This document shows, in pieces, positions 57,100-64,000 of a DNA stretch of 64,000 nucleotides (positions are counted from its first letter, which is position 1; every line of letters begins with the position of its first letter). The translations under genes were made by a program, and so were the position numbers. Below the pieces are notes generated by a model. The model was not told where the DNA came from, searched no databases, and saw only the letters and a program-made list of their open reading frames with translations. The DNA is from Anaerolineae bacterium (lineage in GTDB: Bacteria > Chloroflexota > Anaerolineae > Aggregatilineales > J027): positions 123,896 through 187,895 of the forward strand of contig JAIOHL010000258.1 in NCBI GenBank assembly GCA_019913005.1. The letters run 5' to 3'.

Positions 57100-58335
57100 T
57101 TAGCCTTCCTTCTTCGGATCAGATTTAGCTAAGACGTCAGAATCCGGTGCGCGAGGCCCTTTGTCTTTTTTGCCTCCGCCGATATGACGTGCTCGTGCAA
57201 AAATGTCGGTGCCAACTAAGAAGGCAAAACCGCCAATGACGCCCGGAATGAGGATTTTATAGAAGAGATCTACGACAAAGACCAGTGGATGCCGATCCCG
57301 CGATGGTTCAAAGTGACCGACCCATGCGTCAGGAAAATCGCTACTGGCGTTTGGATGGCATTGCTGACATGTCGCCAATAGGTTTTCTTTAGCGACTTGG
57401 CTCTTGGAATCGTCAGCGGGGGTAATGTTATGAACCCCGTGACAGTCATAACAGACCGCTTTGTTGCTGGCGACATCGGGGTCATCCTGCTCGAACATGG
57501 CGACGGTGGTGCCGTGAAAATCATTGAGATAGGTGTCAAAGACATTCGTATTAATGTCATATTTTGCCATCAAGTCTTTGTCGGCGTGGCAGTCGGCGCA
57601 AAGTTCGGGTGAACGATTCCGGAATTGGGCTGTCGTAGGGGTGTTGATGCCATGCACGCCATGACAGGTGGTGCAGGTTGGGGCATTGGTATCCCCATTT
57701 ACCAAGAGCGCCTCACCATGAATACTCTCTTTGTATTCATCAAAAATGCTGGTGTGGCATGTGCCACAGGTTTGTGCGGCAAGTTCGGGATGGTCTTGGA
57801 TGGGTTGGACATCGTGTGCGCCGTGACAGTCCACACAGACCGCTGCCCGCAGATTGCCGTTGGCTAATCCTTGAGCATGAACACCATCAAGGTTGTCTTG
57901 AGCTTGGTCAACATGGCAGTCGGTACAAATTTGCGACATCTGAATGGTAAATGCTCGACCACTTTCCGGCAGAGGATCGTCGTGTGGGAAGGCGTCTGCG
58001 CCATGACAATCCACACAGCCCAGCACCCCCTCAGGATTGCTAGTGCCATGTACCGAATCGGCGATCATGTCGGGTGTGACATGCAAATCGAGGGTCAAGC
58101 CATCGGCCAATTCAACAGCGCGGCCTTCTTGGGAATGGCACACAGCGCAGTAAGCATTATTGCCGGTGGGTTGTTTGGCGGTGCCACTCCCCCCATCTTG
58201 AGCCTCAACGACGGGGTGTTTGAATACCGACTGGGAGGGGGAAGAACTCGGCCACAAGGCAATTATGACCAAAGCTAATCCTGCTCCAAAACAGAAGGTA
58301 AAAATGTGACGCTGGTGTCGGAGTATTCTTTTCAT
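57100..58335 (-). CDS. Nine-heme c-type cytochrome with N-terminal signal/anchor and C-terminal TM helix
   Basis: Track ORF of 411 aa. I counted nine CxxCH motifs (CAVCH, CVDCH, CTDCH, CVDCH, CGTCH, CTTCH, CADCH, CYDCH, CQQCH). The C-terminal helix is LIPGVIGGFAFLVGTDIF. The start overlaps the upstream stop (ATGA at 58332-58335). Confidence 0.9.
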   Translation of the reverse strand: MKRILRHQRHIFTFCFGAGLALVIIALWPSSSPSQSVFKHPVVEAQDGGSGTAKQPTGNNAYCAVCHSQEGRAVELADGLTLDLHVTPDMIADSVHGTSNPEGVLGCVDCHGADAFPHDDPLPESGRAFTIQMSQICTDCHVDQAQDNLDGVHAQGLANGNLRAAVCVDCHGAHDVQPIQDHPELAAQTCGTCHTSIFDEYKESIHGEALLVNGDTNAPTCTTCHGVHGINTPTTAQFRNRSPELCADCHADKDLMAKYDINTNVFDTYLNDFHGTTVAMFEQDDPDVASNKAVCYDCHGVHNITPADDSKSQVAKENLLATCQQCHPNASSDFPDAWVGHFEPSRDRHPLVFVVDLFYKILIPGVIGGFAFLVGTDIFARARHIGGGKKDKGPRAPDSDVLAKSDPKKEG

Positions 58336-60113
58336 TGGGCACTACCCTTCTGTTTCACAAAAAACACCCAGCCTGCAAAGGCCATTGCCAGCAAACAGGC
58401 GACAATGATAATGACCGATTGTGTAGCGAGGCCAGTTTCTTCCTCCGTATCCGCTGCCTCTTCATCGGTGGTAGGCGTTGTACCTGTTGGGGCGGGACCG
58501 ATCTGTGGCCCCTCATCAGTTGCAGGGGCGATATTGAGTTCTTTTTCGACTGCGCCGAGCATAGCATTCGAATAGGAGTAATTGTGGACGCCGAGACTGC
58601 CATCGCCTTCAATGAAATCCAACGCGGCAGTAATCCATTCAGGGCTGCTTTCCGAGACGGCGGCGCGGGCGGCTTCCAATCGGGTTTGGGTGCTGGTTTG
58701 CACATCATCAATCAACTGTTGCATTCCGGCTTGGTCGGCCTGTTCTTCATGACAGGTCGTGCATGTATCGAGCAACCCTTCCACATTCATGGCCTCACCG
58801 GGCAGGATAGGTTGGAAGGTATGACTGAGGCGGTTGCCTTCACCTACAGGTACAGACGGCAGGTGACAGGTCACACAGTCTGGGCCATTTTCGGCGGTGA
58901 AATGCGCGGAGGGGATGCCTTCGACATTCTCAATGATAGCCAATCCCTCAAACATCTCTTGATTGGGATGATGGATGACAGGGATGTCTTGGGTATTGTG
59001 ACAGGTGATGCAGCTTGTATAGGCATCATCCGTTATCAGTGCCCCTTGACTTTCAACATTGTGTGGGTTGTGGCAACCAGAGCAGGTCACGCCATACTGC
59101 GCGGTATCAAGCGTTGGCAGCGCAGGTGGATCGCCATCGCGCTCACCTTCTTCAGTCAGGGCAATCATGCGCTCGGTAAACCCATAGTCGGCACTGTGGC
59201 AACGCAGACATTCATCCGAGGCAAATTCTTGGTCTTTGGCATTGGTGAGCGCCTGCGAATGGGCTGATTTTGTCCATTCATTAAATTGCATATATTTCTG
59301 TGAGGCATGGTCGGTTGCCCACCAATGGGCCGGGTCATCTTCAGCGACGAGAGTGAAAGCGGCAAACAAATCATCACCGGGTAGATATTGAGTCGGATAG
59401 GGGTGAATTCCATCCGCGTCCATGCCTTGACTGTGACATTGACCGCAGACTTGTGCATCTGGGCTGACATAGATGGCATCCCGAATTTGCTGTAGTTCTT
59501 CGGGGGTCGGACGTGAGCCAACCTCATCTACAATATCCACATGTAGGCTACCGGGGCCATGACAGGCTTCACATTGGACACCTTCATCTTCCCAACTTCC
59601 ACGCTCAATATTCAGACCCGTCGTATGACAATAGGCACAATTTTGTGTCCAGTCATATGCCGGGTCGGGCCAACTTTCAGCTAATTGGAAAGGCTGCCAT
59701 TTTTGTTCCACTACATTCCATTCGACAGGCAGCACTTGATATTCATCTTCGGCGACAGCATAGAGGAAGCGCTGAACGTTACGCCCTGAACCAATGATAT
59801 AGGCGACATCCTCTAATTGAAGGGCACGCGGGGTGCTCGAACTGGGGAATTGAACCATGCGGGCGTCTTCGCCTTGATCGAATGGCTCAAAAACAGTTTC
59901 TTCATCTACTTCCTGTAGGCTCAAGGCGTGATGTGTTTCGCGCTGGTCGCTCCGTAAATCAGAATGACACTCCCCACAGACTCTGGCTCCATAATACTCT
60001 TTTTCCTCTTCATCACCACCGACTTGAGCATGAATCTGGCTCATTGTGAGTGTAGCCAGAATCAGCATCAATCCAATGATAATGAAACCCCACCACAAAT
60101 AACGGTGCTTCAT
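58332..60113 (-). CDS. Nine-heme c-type cytochrome (c554/multiheme family-like) with signal peptide and C-terminal TM anchor
   Basis: Track ORF 58332..60194, trimmed to the ATG at 60113 (MKHRYLWWGFIIIGLMLIL...). I counted nine CxxCH motifs (CGECH, CAYCH, CEACH, CGQCH, CLRCH, CSGCH, CITCH, CVTCH, CTTCH). An acidic T/P/E-rich linker precedes the helix SVIIIVACLLAMAFAGWVFFV. Confidence 0.9.
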   Translation of the reverse strand: MKHRYLWWGFIIIGLMLILATLTMSQIHAQVGGDEEEKEYYGARVCGECHSDLRSDQRETHHALSLQEVDEETVFEPFDQGEDARMVQFPSSSTPRALQLEDVAYIIGSGRNVQRFLYAVAEDEYQVLPVEWNVVEQKWQPFQLAESWPDPAYDWTQNCAYCHTTGLNIERGSWEDEGVQCEACHGPGSLHVDIVDEVGSRPTPEELQQIRDAIYVSPDAQVCGQCHSQGMDADGIHPYPTQYLPGDDLFAAFTLVAEDDPAHWWATDHASQKYMQFNEWTKSAHSQALTNAKDQEFASDECLRCHSADYGFTERMIALTEEGERDGDPPALPTLDTAQYGVTCSGCHNPHNVESQGALITDDAYTSCITCHNTQDIPVIHHPNQEMFEGLAIIENVEGIPSAHFTAENGPDCVTCHLPSVPVGEGNRLSHTFQPILPGEAMNVEGLLDTCTTCHEEQADQAGMQQLIDDVQTSTQTRLEAARAAVSESSPEWITAALDFIEGDGSLGVHNYSYSNAMLGAVEKELNIAPATDEGPQIGPAPTGTTPTTDEEAADTEEETGLATQSVIIIVACLLAMAFAGWVFFVKQKGSAQ

Positions 60114-60444
60114 TGGATTTGCCTTTTTATACTTTAAACCAAAAAAGAAGAGACCTAAATTTATACATCGGCCCATGTCGGGAGAGAGTGACATTTATCA
60201 TCTCCCATGACATCTTTTCATTAAATTTAATAGAAGATAACTCGACATGCAAATTTTGGAGGGTGTTTAATATGGCATCAGGGCTTCATGGTTCTATTAA
60301 AAAATATTCCCAGCGGGTTGGGAAAAAGTGAGAATGTTACTTTTATCACGAACGCTTATGCCTCATGACAATGTGGTAGATGCAAGAGGGGTGGGACAAT
60401 GGAGAACGTAGCATAGCCAATAATATAAACAGGAGGATAGGGCT

Positions 60445-63219
60445 ATGGCCGTAACTGCCGCAAAACCCCTTCCCAAGAAACGTTCTGATGATAAATCTCC
60501 GTCTCGTTGGGTCTATCTCTTTAGTGAACTCGATCTCGTAGAACAAGTAACTGGAACCAAATGGGATAATGTGAAGGCTCTGTTGGGTGGCAAAGGTGCC
60601 AACCTTGCCGAAATGACCCGCGTGGGCTTACCCGTTCCGCCCGGTTTTTCGGTTACGACACAGGCCTGCAATTCTTATTTGGAAAATGGCAACACTTGGC
60701 CCGAAGGTTTGTGGGAACAGGTGATTCATGCCCTGAGCCAATTGGAAGAAAAAGCGGGCAAGAAGCTGGGGAATGCCGAAAACCCACTGTTGGTATCGGT
60801 ACGCTCCGGGGCCAAATTCTCCATGCCCGGTATGATGGACACGGTGCTCAATCTCGGTATGAATGACGCCGTTGCCGCAGGTATGGTCAAGCTGACCAAT
60901 AATCCCCGTTTCGTATATGATGCCTATCGCCGTCTGGTGCAGATGTTTGGCTCCGTCGTGATGGGTATTCCGGATGAACCATTTGAAGATTATCTGACCG
61001 AAGTCAAGGCTAAAAAAGGCGTGCCATCGGACGTGGATTTGAACGCCGATGATTGGAAGCATGTCACGGCCAAGTTCCAACAGATTTACAAGGAACACGT
61101 CGGCAGCGAATTCCCACAAGACCCCATTAAACAACTTGAACACGCGATTGAAGCGGTGTTTGGTTCATGGAATGGCAAGCGTGCGATTGATTATCGTAAT
61201 GCCGCTAACATTCCGCACAACTTGGGGACAGCCGTCAACGTTCAGATGATGGTCTTTGGCAATATGGGGAACGATTCCGGTACAGGCGTGGCCTTTACCC
61301 GTAACCCGGCTAATGGCGAGGCCAAACTGTTCGGTGACTTTTTGATGAATGCTCAGGGTGAAGATGTGGTCGCTGGTATCCGCACCCCGCGTCCGATTTC
61401 TGAGATGGAAAAAGAAAACAAAGCGGTGTTTGCTCAATTTAATGATATTGTGAGCAAATTGGAACATCATTATCGTGAAATGCAGGACGTGGAATTCACG
61501 ATTGAACGCGGCAAGTTGTTTATGCTGCAAACCCGTGATGGCAAACGTACCGCCCGCGCCGCTGTTCGTATCGCGGTAGAAATGGCTGAGGCAGGTGTTA
61601 TCACTAAACAAGAAGCCGTTTTGCGCGTATCCCCCGACCATGTATCCCAGTTGTTGCACCCGCAATTTGATACTGATTCCAAAACTCAGGCGGTCAAAGC
61701 AGGTCGGCGTATTGCGACAGGCGTGAATGCTTCTCCCGGTGCGGCGGTAGGTGTGGCGGCGTTTGACGCCGATCTTGCCGAAAAATGGGGCAAGGCGAAG
61801 AAGTCTGTTATTATGGTTCGCCCCGAAACCAAACCCGATGACGTACACGGAATGCTGGCCTCGAAGGGTATTTTGACCAGTCGCGGTGGTGCAACAAGCC
61901 ACGCCGCAGTGGTCGCCCGTCAATTTGGTGTGCCGTGCGTCTGCGGTGCTGAAGCGCTCGACATCAATGTGCGTGACCGCGTTATGACGGTTGGTGAGGT
62001 CGAAGTTCGTGAAGGCGATACGCTCTCGATTGACGGCTCAACCGGCGAAGTGTTTGTTGGTGAAATTAACCGCGTTGAACCCGATTTTGCCCGCGAAAAA
62101 TATCTGCAAAAACTGCTGACATGGGCTGACGATTTCCGCCGTTTGGGAATTTATGCCAATGCCGATTATCCAGTTGATGCCCGCCGTGCTCGTGAATATG
62201 GAGCCGAGGGTGTTGGCCTGTGCCGTACAGAGCACATGTTCTTCCAAGAAGATCGTTTGCCAATTGTACAGGCGATGATTCTCTCTGAACCCAACAGTGC
62301 GGAAGAAGCAACCGAACTTGAAAAACTGCTGCACTTCCAATATGACGATTTCTATGGCATTTTCAAGGCGATGGAAGGCCAGCCGGTGATTATCCGTCTG
62401 CTCGACCCACCGCTGCATGAATTTATGCCCGATCATGAACAATTGGTACGTCAGGTGGTGGGCCTGCGTTTGATGGGCAATCGCCCGAATGAACTCACCC
62501 GTACCGAGAATTTACTGGCTGCGGTTGAGAGCCTGCGTGAATTTAACCCCATGCTCGGCTTGCGCGGTGTCCGTCTAGGGATCACCCGTCCGGCCATCAC
62601 CGCCATGCAGGTGCGTGCCTTGTTTGAAGCGGCCTGCCAACTGAAACTCGAAGGCGTGGACGTTCACCCCGAAGTCATGATCGCCGTGACCAATCATGCG
62701 AACGAAGTTAAGTTCGTGCGCGACCTTATCATCCAGATTGCGGATGATGTGATGGGCAGGATGAAGGTCAAGGTCGAGTACAAAGTCGGTACGATGATCG
62801 AACTGCCCCGCGCTGCCATCACCGCCCACAAGATGGCGGAACACTCCGAATTCTTCTCATTCGGCACAAACGACCTGACCCAAACCACATTTGGGATTAG
62901 CCGCGACGACGCCGAAGGCAAATTCCTGTTGAACTATGTTGAACAGGGCATTCTGCCAGAGAATCCATTCCAAGTAATTGACGAAGACGGCGTAGGCTAT
63001 CTGATTCAATTGGCGGTTGAACGTGGTCGCAAGCAGCGCCCCGAACTCGAAGTCGGGATTTGCGGCGAACACGGTGGCGAACCCAAGAGTATTGATTTCT
63101 GCCATCGCGCCAATCTGAACTATGTAAGCTGCTCACCCTTCCGCGTCCCAGTGGCACGGTTGGCGGCGGCCCATGCAGCCCTAAAAGATAAGGGGCAATC
63201 TTCTAAAGAAGACCTCTAA
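60445..63219 (+). CDS. ppdK: Pyruvate, phosphate dikinase
   Basis: Track ORF of 924 aa. RBS AGGAGGA. It has an N-terminal ATP-grasp, the phospho-His region GILTSRGGATSHAAVVAR, and a C-terminal PEP-utilising domain (GICGEHGG). Confidence 0.97.
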   Translation: MAVTAAKPLPKKRSDDKSPSRWVYLFSELDLVEQVTGTKWDNVKALLGGKGANLAEMTRVGLPVPPGFSVTTQACNSYLENGNTWPEGLWEQVIHALSQLEEKAGKKLGNAENPLLVSVRSGAKFSMPGMMDTVLNLGMNDAVAAGMVKLTNNPRFVYDAYRRLVQMFGSVVMGIPDEPFEDYLTEVKAKKGVPSDVDLNADDWKHVTAKFQQIYKEHVGSEFPQDPIKQLEHAIEAVFGSWNGKRAIDYRNAANIPHNLGTAVNVQMMVFGNMGNDSGTGVAFTRNPANGEAKLFGDFLMNAQGEDVVAGIRTPRPISEMEKENKAVFAQFNDIVSKLEHHYREMQDVEFTIERGKLFMLQTRDGKRTARAAVRIAVEMAEAGVITKQEAVLRVSPDHVSQLLHPQFDTDSKTQAVKAGRRIATGVNASPGAAVGVAAFDADLAEKWGKAKKSVIMVRPETKPDDVHGMLASKGILTSRGGATSHAAVVARQFGVPCVCGAEALDINVRDRVMTVGEVEVREGDTLSIDGSTGEVFVGEINRVEPDFAREKYLQKLLTWADDFRRLGIYANADYPVDARRAREYGAEGVGLCRTEHMFFQEDRLPIVQAMILSEPNSAEEATELEKLLHFQYDDFYGIFKAMEGQPVIIRLLDPPLHEFMPDHEQLVRQVVGLRLMGNRPNELTRTENLLAAVESLREFNPMLGLRGVRLGITRPAITAMQVRALFEAACQLKLEGVDVHPEVMIAVTNHANEVKFVRDLIIQIADDVMGRMKVKVEYKVGTMIELPRAAITAHKMAEHSEFFSFGTNDLTQTTFGISRDDAEGKFLLNYVEQGILPENPFQVIDEDGVGYLIQLAVERGRKQRPELEVGICGEHGGEPKSIDFCHRANLNYVSCSPFRVPVARLAAAHAALKDKGQSSKEDL

Positions 63220-63247
63220 TCTCGGCTGAATAAAGCGAATTTGAAAA

Positions 63248-63276
63248 GGGCGGGTTTACAAAAACTCGCTCTTTTT
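63248..63276 (+). terminator. Intrinsic terminator after ppdK
   Basis: GGGCGGG (63248-63254) pairs with CTCGCTC (63265-71 of the same hundred, i.e. 63265-63271) over 7 bp including two G-U pairs, followed by TTTTT (63272-63276). Confidence 0.55.
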
Positions 63277-63280
63277 GATT

Positions 63281-63742
63281 TTATGAATGATGTAGAGAGA
63301 GGATTTCAGCGGAAATTTGGCGGATGACCTCATGGACGGCTTTTTCAACCGATGGGGTGATGGATGCGCCCGCCGCGAAGTTCTCCCCTTCAATGCCATA
63401 GATCACAAAATGGGCCGGGAGTTGACCCAAAACCCGTGCCATTTCGACGGCCTCGGCCACACTAAAGGCATGGGTGGAGTATGAAAAAAACTGAGAGGGG
63501 AGGGGTTGGTTGTGGGCCAAAAAGCGATAGATCGTGCCGCTGGGTTGACCCGCCGACACCGCATCAATCAAAAACACGGCGTCTGCACCAGTCCATGCCT
63601 CCATTAAGGCTGCACCCTCACCCGTTGCTTCAATGAAGGTGGTGTCTGGCAGGGGTTGATAACGCAGGAGGCGCACGGCGAGACGCCCTACGACATCATC
63701 CCCGCGTAATTCATTACCAACCCCAATGCACAGCACCTTCAT
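63281..63742 (-). CDS. [NiFe]-hydrogenase maturation endopeptidase (HyaD/HoxW family)
   Basis: Track ORF 63281..63790, trimmed to the ATG at 63742 (MKVLCIGVGNELRGDDVVG...), the typical family N-terminus. It lies directly downstream of a large-subunit gene. Confidence 0.85.
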   Translation of the reverse strand: MKVLCIGVGNELRGDDVVGRLAVRLLRYQPLPDTTFIEATGEGAALMEAWTGADAVFLIDAVSAGQPSGTIYRFLAHNQPLPSQFFSYSTHAFSVAEAVEMARVLGQLPAHFVIYGIEGENFAAGASITPSVEKAVHEVIRQISAEILSLHHS

Positions 63743-63747
63743 GAAGT

Positions 63748-64000
63748 TTATTCCCGATCCATTTCGAGTTTCAGATAGTGCGTGGAACAAGAAATGCAGG
63801 GGTCATAGTTCCGCACGGCCTGTTCACACTGCCATACCAGTTGATCTTCGGGCAAATCAAGCGCCATCTCGACAAAATGCCACACGTCTTTTTCAATCGT
63901 CTTCTGATTTTGCGAGGTGGGCGGGGTGATCTTGGCGTCCAAAATCGTGCCGTCCTTGCCAATCCGATAACGATGATACAGGATGCCACGTGGTGCTTCG
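63748..64000 (-). CDS. [NiFe]-hydrogenase large subunit, C-terminal fragment (N-terminus beyond the window end)
   Basis: The minus-strand frame is open to the window edge. Translation is [11 protein letters not shown]...[22 protein letters not shown]. It contains the conserved EAPRG motif and the C-terminal DPCxxCxxH Ni-binding/cleavage motif. Confidence 0.85.
   Translation of the reverse strand, partial: EAPRGILYHRYRIGKDGTILDAKITPPTSQNQKTIEKDVWHFVEMALDLPEDQLVWQCEQAVRNYDPCISCSTHYLKLEMDRE

Noticed and set aside
58335-59267. 310-aa ORF on the plus strand.
   Set aside because: It is antisense to the 620-aa nine-heme cytochrome gene. The real frame is supported by nine CxxCH motifs.

Overview
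This 64-kb window looks like an ordinary bacterial chromosome segment at about 50% GC, with no rRNA, tRNA, CRISPR array, transposase or integrase that I could recognise. A Chloroflexota-like origin is only a guess. It rests on T-box leaders, a GAAC-N4-GTTC SOS box, many TPR and membrane-anchored proteins, and multiheme cytochromes.

Housekeeping genes:
- ileS-lspA, gatC, typA, uvrB, a dGTPase-like HD hydrolase, greA, serS and ppdK.

Accessory blocks:
- A large ATPase/TPR regulator that runs off the window start.
- A minus-strand supra-operon joining a BMP-type nucleoside/purine ABC importer to a xanthine-dehydrogenase-family molybdoenzyme and a membrane thioredoxin.
- A DprE1/DprE2-like epimerase pair.
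- An acyl-CoA ligase plus a Liv-type ABC importer.
- A PadR plus ABC-2 efflux unit.
- An envelope cluster: a thioredoxin fused to four PPC domains, a KASIII-like enzyme, a TolB-like protein and a beta-propeller-like protein.
- An AraC regulator with a VOC-family gene.
- A three-gene cytochrome module: two 9-heme c-type cytochromes plus a cytochrome b/c fusion.
- The end of a [NiFe]-hydrogenase locus.

Most notable observations:
1. A canonical T-box leader (4220-4508, probable Leu CUC specifier) sits in front of a GNAT acetyltransferase and a translationally coupled string of membrane TPR and single-pass proteins. It does not precede an aminoacyl-tRNA synthetase (aaRS) or amino-acid gene.
2. 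A second T-box (minus strand, UCC Ser specifier) controls serS. An unannotated 53-codon membrane micro-ORF lies between that leader and serS.
3. The split CbcL-like multiheme cytochrome module.
4. A decayed Cys-rich pseudogene next to lspA.

All calls come from reading the sequence and the ORF translations. No database search was run.
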